DNA from: Phoronis australis
Taxonomy: Eukaryota; Animalia; Phoronida
Reading direction: 5' to 3'
Assembly (NCBI GenBank): GCA_002633005.1
Contig: NMRA01000236.1
Span: forward strand, 544,968 to 608,967
DNA: 64,000 nucleotides
Positions 38,367-52,126 of the stretch are shown here, piece after piece (position 1 is the first letter of the stretch; the number at the start of each line of letters is the position of its first letter). Under the pieces are notes generated by a model, which was not told the origin of the DNA, searched no databases, and saw nothing but the letters and a program-made list of their open reading frames with translations. The position numbers and the translations under genes are program-made.

Positions 38367-39923
38367 ATATGCCGAGCATCCTAAGTGGAAGCAAAATTGG
38401 TTTTCTCGACCCACACGAAAAATATTTCCATGACGACGAGGGTCGTGCCCTGAAGGGAGCATGTTGGAATCTATCCGACATTGACGACGACCAGTCAGGT
38501 TTCTACAATCCGTTCACCGATACCTCTTTATCCTCCGTTTTCAATCATACGCAGCTCAAAGACCATTATTACGGCGGCACAATGTTCAGATTTCCTTTGA
38601 GAAAGCCAGAGAACAAATCAAAACTTAGCTCTGATGAATATTCGCCGAGCAAGTTGGAACTTCTTTTTGAGCAGTTTGAGCAATACTCGTACATGTGCCT
38701 GATGTTCCTCACCTCCCTTGAGTCTATCGAACTGTATGTACGTCAGTCTCGAGAACAACAACCTCACTTGGTTTTCAAAGTTGCTTTGTCTGAAAACAGT
38801 CGAGCAAACGTTGTAGAGAACAGACAGAAGTTTCGAGATAACATTAATACTGAAACTTGGATGGAGTCGCCCGTGTGTATGACACAGGAAGTATTGATTG
38901 ACGCTCAAAACACTACTACTACATCCCACCATTGGTTGGTTACGAATTTCTTCGCAGGTGGAGACGAATTAACAACCTTGAAAGGGATGTTTAACGAGAA
39001 ATCTTTATTTTACCCTCCCTGGGTCTCTGTGGCTATGTCTATGAATGACGATTTCGAGCCTGAACAACCAAGAGGTCATGTTTTCTGTTTCCTGCCGCTT
39101 CCAGTGGAACAAAGAAGTCAGACAGGTCTCCCAATTCACGTTAACGGTTTCTTCGCCATTGATCAGAACCGTCGCCACTTAAAATGGCCAAACGCTGAAC
39201 AGCTAGGAGCTGAATTATCAGACAAGGGTTTGCGATGGAATCAGACGATGCTGGCAGAAGCAGTTCCTATGGCTTACAAAGAGCTTGTTGAGAACGCAAT
39301 CAAACTCAATGTCTCCCAGAAATTGGTGTACAATGGGATTCCATTTCTGAATGTAGTAGATGATAAATGGCACGAGATGGTCCATGTTTTCTTGAAACAT
39401 ATGTCTCAAATTCCATTCCTTCACACAGAACAGGGAGGAGGTCGGTATGTGAGAATTGACGAAGCATTATTCAGCTTTTTGTCAGTCGAACAGCACCCGG
39501 ATGTCATTAATGCTGTACTCTTGGAGGCTGGAAGACCCGTCGTTTGCATCCCTGAACACGTCAGATGCACGATTGAAGCCATTGAAGGCGTGAATTTTTC
39601 TGTTGTAACCCCAGGTGACTTGCGAGAGGCGGTAAGAAGAATTCAAAATAAAGTAAATCCATTCCCAGATACAAGAGCCCACTGCATGCAAATTTTGGCT
39701 TATGCGACTGATGACGATCAATTCGACCGCTTGGTTGGTCTTAAGTTGGTCCCTCTTGAAAGTGGAACGTGTGATGTGTTCCAAATGAACGGATCACATG
39801 AAAAAGTCTTCATGACAAACAGTGATCACCCGACAGAATTATTTCCAGGCCTGGAGCATCGTCTGGTCAGCTACGCCACCAGTTACAGAGGAACGCAACT
39901 ATTAGAAAAGATTGCCAAGTCAG
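38367..39923 (+). CDS. Sacsin-like gene, exon 5 (rest of repeat 1)
   Basis: tttacAG|(D)MPSILSG..FLDPHEKYF..GTMFRFPLR..GHVFCFLPLP..TGLPIHVNGFFAIDQNRRHLKW; donor CAG|GTGAGT, phase 1. Confidence 0.95.
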
Positions 39924-42900
39924 GTGAGTGTTAATCAGACAGTACAATTCTAGCTTGAGTAACAACTCTCCCATCTAGTTATATAAATTACGGACAGAGG
40001 CAAACTATCGGAAATGGAATGCAAGTAACAACTCGGTTGAAACATCTCAAGCGGTTCGCCATCGTAAAGAATCGCTATAATTTTCAAACCAAATAATTAT
40101 AAACTTGTGTCTTTCTTAAGCTAAATGGTCATTGTTCGCATCAAGTATCACAATCGCGCATCAAATTGTAGTCCCAAAACAGGGACAGAGTTTCGTGCAA
40201 GACTGTTGGATATGGAAAATTTAACCAAAAATATCTCTCGTCATGAGGAAAGACAATATCAAGGATACGTTTCGTAGAACCTTGAGAAAGAAGCTAATAA
40301 AATCACGTGCTTCGCTAGTAATACTTGGACGTGGTGATATCTCGGAGAAGTCTTGCGTGATCGTGCGTTTATGCACCACACGCCGGTACTCTACGAATCC
40401 ATACAAATTAACTGACCAATCCGGCAAGAAATCAGCAATGTAGACGCATTGCAATGTTTAGGAAACACTCAGACACACATTTGGGAAATGGTGTTTTGAA
40501 AAATTGCCAGTTTAGCCATGACGCGCCTGTTAATATATTCTAAGTAAACAGCATGTTGACACGCGAAGCTGTGGCGTTGTTTGTTTGAATTAATTCTATA
40601 TTTTCTTTGGGTGCGGTAAAACTTTCACGGCATGTTTTCACAAAAGCTTCCTTGGGGTAATTACATCCATAGACGACCATTCCTTTCTTTATGTAGATGG
40701 TAGTAAGGATTGAAAGCTAACGTTTACTAGATTTGAATGTTATCCAAATACGCGTGGAAATGATGTGACATTCAAAAAGTCCAATTTTGTCTCACATGGA
40801 ATTTACTAAATGAGCTTTCATTTGGGGTGGACCTATTTTCAGAAACTCCAGTTGTGCAAGTTGAGACGATTCTAAACATTTAACATCAAACTCTTGTGGT
40901 CACCACTGCAGTATTTTTGACAATAGCTTAGATAACTTCGTTAGAGGTTCCATGGCTCTCAATGTTTCCTGCGACTAAACTTCTAAACGTCCACGTAGCA
41001 AACGTTTTCATCCCTTATTAAATGGTTAGAAAACATCATGAGGAACCACGCAGTACTTATTCCATAACCAATACACAATCCGTAGTCGAAGAAAGTTTAA
41101 ACAAACGCGCCACTCACGATTCCGACCCGAATAACACACCGCCGTTTTGAACTGACTGCGAAACCGGAAATACAATCATTCATGAATCCAGGCATGCGTT
41201 CAGTAGACTCTAGGACCTACGCTAGGACCTAGCTAAACCCTAGTCAAAGTCACGTGCTCTCATTTAAAATTCACGGCAATATCTCACGTAATCTCGTGAA
41301 GTCTTGCTTTTTAGCAAGGTCTTAGCGTTACTGAACGGGAGGCCGGCTTAAGAACGCCGGCTGCGTGACTGGAGCAGTGTCTGTTACCAGCCTGCAAACG
41401 GGGAAAAATAATGGACAGCGGACCTTAACTTTCACAAAACCAAAATAGGGACAATTTGTTGACAAAATGTTGCAAAATAAATTTTGACAGAAATTATTTT
41501 GCCGGACTCGGACCTGCAGCCGATTACCCGGTGCTGACCGATCGAGACCACTGCACTCGCGAAACACGATGGCATGCCGTCCCCATCTGTTATAACGGAA
41601 AAAATGGTTCAAATCATAAATGACGTATACATGCAAAGATAGTTTCAAACACTTGCATAAAATTATGGACTAGTCACAGTTCTGTGCCAGCGATTGAACA
41701 AGAAGGCCGACTAAAGTGGGCTGGTAAGCTAAGCTTGTTTTAATGGGTGCAATTAACTCTGCTAAACAAACAGCACAAACAGAACAATCAAAACGAATAA
41801 ATAAAATTGCTATACAGTTAGAATATTCTAACGATTAAATTTGCGAAAATATCGAAAATAAATTTGGACGGAATCTAAGATACCGGAGGTGGTCTCCCGC
41901 GACTTCCGTTACGGTCGGGCGGCTGACTGCCAACAATGAACGACAGAATACAATTTGATGGTGAAATAACTTCAGGACGAAAACTTGCCATGATGCCAAA
42001 CGGTATGATATAAGTAATAATGAGTTTAAAGTAAAAGGAATAATTCCCATTTAGCCAGAAACATTGGTATAAGCTGCTACCCGGCGGAGCCGCACCGCCT
42101 GAACTGCCCTACGGCAATGACATCTGTGCTCTGTGGGGCAAGATGAACACATTAATTAGCTACCCGGACCTTGAATGAGTGAAATTCCTGAGACAAGGAT
42201 ATTTTAAAAGCGTCATACGCCTAACATTGCAACATTTTCTCATTGCCGACATTCAGCTCATTGACTAAAATTCACTCCACCACTCTCTCCCCCCACCCAG
42301 CTTGCGGCGCGGAATTTTTAATTTAAAACAACAGAGGTATGTATAGTAAATTTTTGTCAGGTTTTATAATATATTTTCCCTCCTAATTGGAAATCAAAAC
42401 CAATTTAGCAAGTGATTATTTTCCCGACGAAGAGTCACGACAACTGCAGGGTAATTACTTCGCTTGTTGCAGCAAAATCAAGCAAAGGTGGGCGTTATTG
42501 CAATTGAGGACTGGAGCTCGCTGTTTTGAGATAAATCTTGCTTTTGTTTGAAACATCGCCGAGTGTGGATGTTCTTTTTATGCTTCACATTATTAAGGGC
42601 CAGTAAAGCCGGTGCCGATTTGCTGCCAAGTACGCACTGCGCTCACCTTCAGGCTGGTACTTTGTATAAGTTTCACAATATGGCGATAAAGATCAAGAAA
42701 TTTGCTGATCAAGAATTTTTTCCTCTAATTTATTACCTAAACGGGTACTGTTGCTGAAATTTGACGTTCCCTCGCGATAAGTCAGGGCTGAACTCAGTAG
42801 CTGAGCGATGGCGACTGAGGCGCCGAAATATTGGGTATTATCTTAAGAATATCACAATGTGTCATATTTGGTTGAGTCATGTTTTTCGTTTTTACGAAGA

Positions 42901-43281
42901 AGAGGAAATTATTTTTTGCATACTGTAGTCTGATTTGGTGCTGTCCTGATGTTTGTTCAATAGAGACTGTCACTGAATTAGAACCACGCCATGTAGGTCC
43001 AAAAACAAAGCTTGGTTCAAAGATATTTTTATTGGAAAGGAAAATCATTAAGCTGCAAATGTGTAACTCAGGTTTTACCAAGTTTTGTTATGTTTGCATA
43101 TCATCAATTTGTTCTAAACTTTTAAGATGTGGTGTTTTGATTTGAGACTGGAAACGAAAGTGCTTCGTAAAGTCAACCCTTGTTGCTGCTTAAAGGTTCA
43201 TTTTCACAGAAAAATATCTGAATATCTGATTGTCAATTCGAGTTGCTGATTGTGTTTTGCAAGAAATATGTTATGTTTTAG

Positions 43282-46200
43282 ACAAAACAAATATGGTGCT
43301 GATGAAGAAGGAAGACGCTGTAAAGATGTTTCCACTGGTTTTCCCTTCTCATTGGGTTGGCGACATTTTAACATGGACTCCGGATCAAGAGAAATACGTC
43401 ACACTTCCTTGGATAAAGTCGGTGTGGAACTACCTTGTGAAAATGTTCTTAGACGACCTTTCTCCAGTAGAAGGTCTCAATCTTCTTCCACTGAAGTCAG
43501 ATGATGGGGTACTTTTCTTGAAACGGCTAACCAGAAAGAGTTCTGTTATTTTTTACGACGAACACTCCGGGTGTTTTCGCGACAACACATCTGATCTGTT
43601 AAAGAAGTTGGGCGTTTTAGTTGCTGATGATTTGTTTCCTTTTATCAAGCGTCATCCGTGCATTTACAACTATGTGAACAAGCCTACGGTCTCTGGCGTG
43701 TTACAAGCACTCTCTTCTGCCGACCAAGATCTTTTGACAAAGAAAATGAGGGAACTTTCTCCCGAATTAGTTCAGAAATTCTGCTTTGAAATAGCGCAGG
43801 GTGACGTCCATGTTCTTAATCAATTTCGCGACCTTCTGAGGGCCTTCCCGATGTTTAGTGTGACGAAGAACACACTGAGTCAAGTAGAAGACAGACTGTA
43901 TGCCCTTCAAGAAATTGACTGTATGGCTCCAGATCAAGAATTTCCATTTAAACTGCCGAATGCACTAATACATGTGGACAACGAGTTCTCAAAACATCTG
44001 AGCCGTATTCTTGGTGTGAAAGAGCTTTCTTTAAGTGACCTGTTTGTAGATCACGTTTTCCCATCTATAACGGCATATACATCTGCTGATGTTGACAAAA
44101 TCCTGGAGTATTTATTACTTTATCACATGGAACTAGTTGACGGTAACTCTAAGCTGCGAGATAACGTTACACAGCTGGATGTTTTCCAACGCTGTGATGG
44201 CGAGCTTACAAACCTTAAAAGTCTATTTGATCCTTCAGATGAGAAACTGATGAAGATATTCTATGGCCAAGACGTTTTCCTCGCGGGCGCATGCTCTTCG
44301 GAAAAGATTCTATCTAACCTGCGCTCACTTGGTCTGAAAACCTACAAAGACGTCGAACCAGGGGAGATACTTCAAGCGACGCGGCGCATTGAAACGTTAC
44401 CGTACGACAAGAATGCCATACTAAAAGCAAAAGAGATTCGAGATTTTCTTTCAATCCAAAAATTGGGGTACTTAGGAAAACAGGTTGATGGGTGTTCGTT
44501 ACGCCATCACTTACAAGACACCGCATGGGTTCCTGTTAAAACACGTCCCGGCAATTATCCCGATCAATTAACTTGGTTTGGTGAACACAATAAGTTCCAA
44601 AAACCATGCTTGCTACACGACACCGCTCATGACAACTTGGTCGGCGCATTGAAAGAAGTTGCAAGTGTCCGCATGATACCTGGGTTAAGTCTATCGGAAA
44701 CTACACTAAAAGATGTCGTTGACAATTTGCTTAATGTTGCAATGGAATGTAACCCGACAACTGACAATTTTCTCCAACTCCGCAACCTCGTTTTCGATAG
44801 CTATGAGTATATGCAAAGAGAGATTATAAGGACCCCTCAGAAATCAAGGGACATGGCAGCAGCATTTAAAGGAATGAAATCCATTCTTATAGACGATGGA
44901 AGGCTTTTTGTTAGTCCTGATGAGGTCTCGTTTACGGAAGATTTGGCTCCTTTTCGTTACAAAATACCACATGAAATGAAACAACGATTTCAAGCACTAC
45001 TGAAAACCATGGGTGTGCAAGACAAGTTTAAATCCAGCGATTATTACAAGGTTCTATCTGACATAACGGTACACAGCTCTAGTTGCCCTTTGAGTAAAGA
45101 AAGACTTGATCTTGTAAGACGTGCCGCCGAACTTCTTGCAGAATCTGTAACTAGTGATGGAATAACTCAAGATGTCTACTTGCCAAATGACGCCGAGGGA
45201 GTTATGAAGTTGTCGTCGACTCTCTGTTACAATGACTGCCCTTGGTTACCAGATGCTGATATGCCATTTGTCCATAAAAGCATAACGTTTGATGTTGCAG
45301 TGGCACTGGGTGTCAAGACAAAGCGCAGCAAAACATTAGAAAGTTCCTCCTATGGAATTCCATTCGGACAAAGAGAGAAACTTACCAACAGAATTAAAAG
45401 AATTCTTGATGGGTACCCCGGTGATGTTGACATCTTGAAAGAGATGCTGCAGAACGCTGATGATGCTCAGGCCTCCGAAATCTGCTTTTGTCTTGACAGT
45501 CGCAATCATTCTACAGACAGGATATTTGGAGATAGTTGGGAGCCACTGCAAGGACCAGCACTATGTGTGTACAACAATCGACCTTTCACAGAAGACGATG
45601 TCAACGCTATTCGTAATCTCGGAGAGGGAAACAAAGGAAATGACCCCACCAAGACAGGCCAGTATGGGGTGGGGTTTAACGCAGTATATCACATCACTGA
45701 TGTTCCTTCGCTGCTCACAAACGTTGTTGGTAAGGGGGAGAGGTTGTTTGTGTTCGATCCACACTGCACCTATGTGCCTTCTGCAACCCGTCAAGAACCA
45801 GGAAGATGCTATGAAGACTTGAAAACCCTGAGGGAGACATTTCCTTCTGTTTTTGAGTGTTACATGAGTGTTTTAGACGTATTTGTTGATGCTTTTGAAG
45901 GTACACTTTTTAGATTTCCTTTCAGAAACGAAGAAATGGCTAGGAAATCTGAAATAAAAACCAAACCTACAACAGTTCGTACATTGCGAAATATGTTGGA
46001 GTTGTTTAAACGCGAGGCCTCAAAGTGTTTGTTGTTTCTAAACAATGTACGGAAAATCACAGTGTGTGAAATTGGAGAAAGTGATGGCGTTTTGCAGACT
46101 TTTACTGTTAGTGCTCTCCATGATGGTGACAGTGAAAAGAAGTTGGACGAATTCAAAACTTACGTTAAGGCAGGCTCTGCTATGATGCGAATAAATCCAG

Positions 46201-49200
46201 GGAATGTTTGGTCGTTTCAGTCAAAAGACGTGGCGTACGAGATGTCGTTGAGTTCTTCGAACGGTTCTAGTAACAAGTGGTTGGTTGTTCAAAAATTTGG
46301 TTTCGACACAAATGTGCAAGGTTCCCAAATCCTAAGAGATGCGTTTACCAGAAATGAGCTTCAACTTCTTCCACGAGGTGGAGTTGCGGTCAACATGTCA
46401 AAGCAAGACTTTAAGCACAATGTATTTTGCTTCCTTCCATTGCCTCAACAAACTGATTTGCCGGTTCACATAAATGGCCATTTTGCATTGGACCATGAGG
46501 CGAGACGCAGAATATGGACATCTACAGATAAGGACGCCAAGAGTGAGTGGAATGGTCTGCTTATGCGTTTTGTGATTGCTCATGCCTACGTGCGCCTTGT
46601 TGAAGAGTATAAACACCGTGTTATCGGTTGCTCCAGCGGCACAACCGCGACTTTGTCTCAGCTGAAGACATTTCAGAAACTGTTCCCTCTCACACACAAA
46701 GAGTCTGGTGATTTCAAAGACATAGTGAGATCCTTTTACAAAATAATTTTCAATAACCAGGCATCTGTTTTATGCATGGTTGATGTGCCTCTTGAAAAAA
46801 CCGAATCACGCACAGTCACTTGGTTTTCTCCAAGTCATGAAGGTCCACAAGGACCGCTTTTTGATACCTTGCTCTCTACAGTTATGCCACCTTGGTCAGA
46901 GAATGATTTAAAACGGTACAAAAAGCTGAAAGGTTTGTTTCTGAAGTGTGGTTTAAAAATCTTATGGGACGGCGTCACACCTCTAAGAGACGAATTTAAA
47001 ATGAGCGAAGTTCCAACAGATGCCTCATCCTTTGCAACAATCCTTGAGTTCTTCAAGGCGCCAAACGCAGTCCTTTCCGAACCCACAGATGTGACTGACA
47101 TTTTAAAATTCTGCAAGAAAGCTGAAAATTTTGCGGAATGTTTACAAGATGTACATTTACTCATGACAGAATCAAGGAAAATGCAAAAGTTTACAGCAGA
47201 GAATCCCAAATATCTTACGAGACACACTTCATTTGTGGATGAACAATATCACGACGAATTTGTCCATCACCAACTTGTTAAGTCAGTTCTTAAACCGAAA
47301 AAATTTCTGAAGGTTCCTGTTTTTAAGAAGTTCGCAATTGAAAGTCTTGTTACTATGTTACCGCAAAGATTCAAAGGTGAATGCGAATTTAAGTACGAAA
47401 AAGAAGACAAATTTGATAATTTGATTGCGAAGTTGTGGAGTTTTATCAGCGAAGCTCTACAAGATACTGAGAAGTCTGATGAAAATTCTCTAGACAAATA
47501 TCTTGGAGACTTTTGTCTGATACCAGCATACCGCGACAAAGGTGACACAGGTAAAGACCACGTGCTCGTTCAAGTTAGACAGTCTAAAAGTGTAGTCCTT
47601 GACATTGACCAACGTAAGGTTGTGGGAAGGAAAATTGTTCACACCTTAAAACGACTAGATGTTCCATTTTTGTGTGACAAAGATCTTTCAGATGTTTTTC
47701 CACGATCGATTGTGAGTAGTGTTGACGAACCGTTGGATATTTTGACTGCCATTGAATTGAGAATGGAAAATGGTGGAGTAAACGGCATACTAAGCGAGTC
47801 TGAGTGTCTCGACGTACTCGATTACCTGTGTTCGAATCTAAAGGATCACTATGACGTTTTACGGAGGATAAAACTGTTGCCATTCTTTTGTACCATAAGC
47901 GGGTCGTTTGTCAGTCTAAAGGACAAGAAGGCATTTGTCCTCAGCGACAATATACCAACAAACGGCGCTACCTTGTGGGAAGACAATAAAACGACTACGT
48001 TCTTGAAATATAAAAATATTAGCCGACGCGTCATGAAATTTTTTAGAATTGAGAAAATGAAACCTGCTGATTTTTACAAATGTCATATTTTGCAGCACTT
48101 TGTTGGTTTGTCCGACCACGATAGAACAGAGCACCTGCTATTCATAAGGAAATACATTTTTCCTTCTTTGGTCAAAATAGTAGATCGGGAATCCTTTATA
48201 TTAGTTATGAAGGAAGTGTCGTTCATCAAAAATGACAGTGGAAATTTGGTAAAGGCCAGCGCATACTTTGACTGGTGCAATGCAGTCTTTGTAGAAATGT
48301 TATCAAAAGAACAATTCCCACCGGAAGATTTCAAAACGGACGAATGGCACGAAATCTTGATAGAGCTTGGGCTACGCCAGCGTGTATCAGATGACCAGTT
48401 TGTGCAATTTGCAAAGGAAGTTGCACGCATTGATACAAGAAGTGAATATGAAAACAAGCGACGCAAGTCAAATGTACTCATGAGTTATCTTTTGGAAACT
48501 AAGGTCAGGGAGGAATGCATCCTTTCAGATTCTACCCTCAGACTTGTCAGCGATATACCGTTCGTTCAACAGGAAGAGTTGTCAGTTGAAATAATCGGTC
48601 TGCATCCTCCCTACAGTGACAAGAAATTCGTGAAAATGAATAGTGCAGTTGTTAGCAACCCATCAAATGTTTATTCGGTTTGGAGCACTGCGTATCTTCT
48701 CCCACACTCATTTAACGTCGAATATGATTTACCCGAAGCGTTGGGAATTGACAAAGTTCCACCTCTGTCTCTTGTGATTAGACACTGCTCTAATGTATGT
48801 AGGTCGCTTTATGGGCAGAATCCATCCAGTAATAAAACGGCATGGGAAAACGGTCTCATACTGAAAATCATGAAGAACGTGTACAGAGTTTTGGATGAGG
48901 ACATAATGGAAATCAGTTCCTTTGATAAGAAAGTGTTGCAAGAAACACCCCTGGTAGTTGTCAATGAGTCGAATGTGTTCGTGTATGCAAGGCAAGTAGT
49001 GGAAGACATGCGACAAGATCAGCAAATAGAACCGTACTTGCATAAGTTGCCTTCAGAAATCGCTGAGTTTAAACAGCTGTTTATTTCCCTGGGGGCAAGC
49101 GTGGAATTAAACGCGAATGTTCTTGCCGCTGTCCTTTTTGAAATTGCTCAATGCACTTATACAGACCTTGTTCACAATGAAGACATGAAGAAAGCAAGAA

Positions 49201-49991
49201 GAACTCTCATTTTCCTGTTACAATGTCCTGATGACGCAATCGAAAACGCGTCTTTCGAAAATGGCCTGTTTGTGCCAACCAGAGATGAAAAGATGGTACT
49301 GGCTAGAGAATGTGTCTATGTGGACGATGAAAGACTGTATGAAGAAATTAAAAGAAACTTCAACCTTCCTGTCCTGATCAACACCTTAGATGAAGTCTGT
49401 GACAGTAAACGAAAAATTTTGAAATTTAGGGAACAGGACCGGCCCATGATACTATCTGAAGTCGTTCATGAACAGTTGGAGATAGAAGGAGATATTCAAA
49501 GTCAAGACCTATCGGATAGCCCAATTGTGAGAGAGATTTTTGAGCGTCTCACATCTGAAACTTTTCACCATGCCCTTGCAAGATTAGTGTATCACATCAG
49601 CAGCCAAAACAACGAACCTACGAAGGGCATCTTTAACAGTGTTCATGAGAAATTTGAGAGGGTCAAGGTCTTCGAAGTTAGCACTATCAAATCGCACTAC
49701 GTGGACGCGTCTGGAAATAGACTTTGTGAAAGCACAGATTGTACTAAAGTGCATGTAACTCGTGGTGAGGATTCATTCCTGGAAATATATATCCATCCAA
49801 GTGAAGAGCGTTTTGAAGTCAATGACAGTTTGACAGAGTACATTGCAGACAATATGGGCGTTAATTTCAGCAGCAGAAATGTTGTGGTGTTGCGAGAGCT
49901 TTTGACGTTGGAAAACTCCGCCATTGGACTTAGCTCTTATTTAGACAAGAGACGAATAAAGCCACTTACTATCCAAGAACCCAGCATTTAG
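43282..49991 (+). CDS. Sacsin-like gene, exon 6 (6.7 kb; second GHKL repeat; ends before the J/HEPN domains)
   Basis: Phase-compatible acceptor gttttAG at 43280-81; FGQREKLTNRIKRIL..EMLQNADDA..GPALCVYN..KTGQYGVGFNAVYHITD..GTLFRFPFR..FCFLPLP..LPVHINGHFALDHEARR; six exons total 8649 nt = 2882 aa plus stop. Confidence 0.95.
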
Positions 49992-51030
49992 CCGGCTGAA
50001 ATAAATGCCTGGGAACATGAAACCTTTCAGGGAACAAGGGTTTTTCAGTTTTGATGTCCACGAAATTGTTGGATACGAAGCATGCAAACGTAACGATGAC
50101 GTCGAACAGAGTATCTCATACCTCAGGCTTGCCGAGAGTTGTAGTCATCCAAAGATTCCTCGGGTGGTGTTAAACGATGATGTCTTATGAACGTTGGAGA
50201 TGAGAAAATTGAAATTGATCCAGCGAACACTTCCATAAAGTTTGGCAACCAACATCACAAGGTGCAATTGATGAAATAATATGTGCTTTGAACACTGAGT
50301 CCGCTAAACACGAGATCGGCAAACAGATAGATGAAGCACGGACTATGCCTGAACATCGTCCGTGCTTCTTCATCAGTGCTGTAGTGGGGCGTAGGCGCAC
50401 GTAGGCGAAGCAAACCACCTTTTGGTATTTGAATGCAACGCCTACGCACCGTAAATTACGTTCAATGTTTAAAGTGATACAGTGGGCTTTGGGCGCCTGC
50501 TTACCTCTAATTGTATCACTACTGCACTGTTCTTCATGAGATGGTTTTTATGCAATGCCAACCGGATACTGACGAAGAAAATCGAGAGGTACGTGCTGAA
50601 ATTACCCTGAACAGTTTATACTTAAATATGAAGTGTCTACTCACTACTAAAGTTTAGTTGCCATCGATCAGCAGTGTAAGACATGTAACTAGTACACAGG
50701 ACAACAGACTCCGCTTCTAGTGGAACTGGGGTGGTTTTTAGCGAACCCCCTATCTCTTCCTAATCGCGGCCTTCGTCAGCGCGCCAGTGGTACAGTCGTA
50801 TATCACTATGAAGTGGGAGTATTCCCAAGTATATAGAATTGCCAATGACAGATGACGACAGCGTGGCCGCCATATTGATGTTGTCACGATATAACATTGC
50901 ACTATCTCAAGCTATTCAGTTGTTGGCGCGGGTTTTATTCGGAACGATTCCTAAGTCAACGAACATCCAGTCGCAAAATTACGCCACAAATTCCAGACTA
51001 GGTGAATTTCTAGAACTTGTACAGGCGTAG
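49992..51030 (+). pseudogene. Decayed sacsin C-terminus (linker, DnaJ-like J domain, probable HEPN start)
   Basis: Frameshifted remnants FSFDVHEIVGYE, NVGDEKIEI/HFHKVW, AKHEIGKQIDEARTMPEHRPCFFMRW(F)FMQCQPD (compare EAWKLPExERKKIIRRLYLKWHPD), and PSSARQWYSR (compare EARRWLRQA). Confidence 0.75.
50374..50529. mobile_element. hAT-type MITE (156 bp) inserted in the former J domain
   Basis: TIRs CAGTGCTGTAGTG / CACTACTGCACTG; perfect 8-bp TSD TTCTTCAT at 50366-73 and 50530-37. Confidence 0.92.
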
Positions 51031-51971
51031 TAAATACAGCCCTTTTATTTAAGCAGCGTGAGCTCAGTTGATTTAGACTCTGTGAAGTCCGCTACTGTTT
51101 ATGTCCTGATGACATAAAGTACTGACATAGAAGTTGAATAAAATAGCACAGTGGTAAATGATGCCAAAGAAGAACTCTGACATTAGGTGGGACGAAACAG
51201 GTCTCCAAGATAACCAAAGATCCGTATTTTACTGAAGATAACATCAAAAACGGTTCTTTTCCCTTTAAGTTCGTGAAATCTCACCAACTGATTTATGCGT
51301 CCACAAACTTTACGACTAATATGCTGTTTACGTATATTCGAGTTCAGTTACATAAAAGATGAAATCGTTATTTGCGATTGTGCAGCTATTGAGATGAGAA
51401 TATGTCACTCTTTAATTAAGTGGTGAAACATAATAATTTTGTAATTTTTTTCAACTGAAATGAACATAATTTCATGGCTTTAGGCTTCATCTGATCTTTG
51501 GTTCCGCCTTGAGAACCTCGTTGCTGCATTCTGTTTTGTAACCGTTATGGTGTAGACGGCCTTTATGTATGTAAATAATCTTGAGCACTTGAATCGTAAA
51601 AAGTAAAAAAGAATCCTTTTGTTGCCTAATTTATATGATATTTCGCCATGTGTTCATTCTCCCAGTTCCTATTAGGTGGTGCAACCATCTGTAAGATTAC
51701 AGTAGAGCAAGAGACTCAAACTTAGAAATTAAATTTGTTGGCATTTTGACTATTTAGGACATTATATCTATGCATTCTTGTTTCCAAATTGTAATTTAGG
51801 ACGGAAATTGGAAGAATGGTGATTTATATTACATCTTTTAAAAGTCGTGTTTTTGGTTTGATACGTGAGTAATTTTGTTTTGCATTTAGAATATATTATT
51901 ATTCGACTTCACATCTGAAGTTGAAAGTTATAAACTTACAATTTGGAGTTGTTTGCTCTAATAATAAGCTT

Positions 51972-52126
51972 CATAGGCGGATTCAGGGAGGGGGGCGTGG
52001 GGCCTGTCCCTCCAATACGGACGTGATCAAAACGTCGTCAGCAAGTCGTTTGCTGGGCTTACGTGGCCATTCTCCCTCAAAAATTGTGGTTGATCACCCC
52101 CGTGCGGTATTCTAGATCCGCCAGTG
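51972..52126. mobile_element. MITE (GGCGGATC-type TIRs)
   Basis: CATAGGCGGATTCAG ... CTAGATCCGCCAGTG imperfect inverted ends; GC-rich island; no TSD seen. Confidence 0.65.

Noticed and set aside
43230-43281. Start of a stand-alone 2253-aa gene at 43230
   Set aside because: TTG start; a phase-compatible acceptor at 43280-81 links the frame to the upstream exons.
44314-49924. Antisense and overlapping short ORFs inside the sacsin exon
   Set aside because: Shadows of a long coding frame; no independent motifs.
49989-49991. Programmed stop-codon readthrough in the sacsin
   Set aside because: The same frame stops again about 20 codons later, and the tail has several frameshifts and an insertion.
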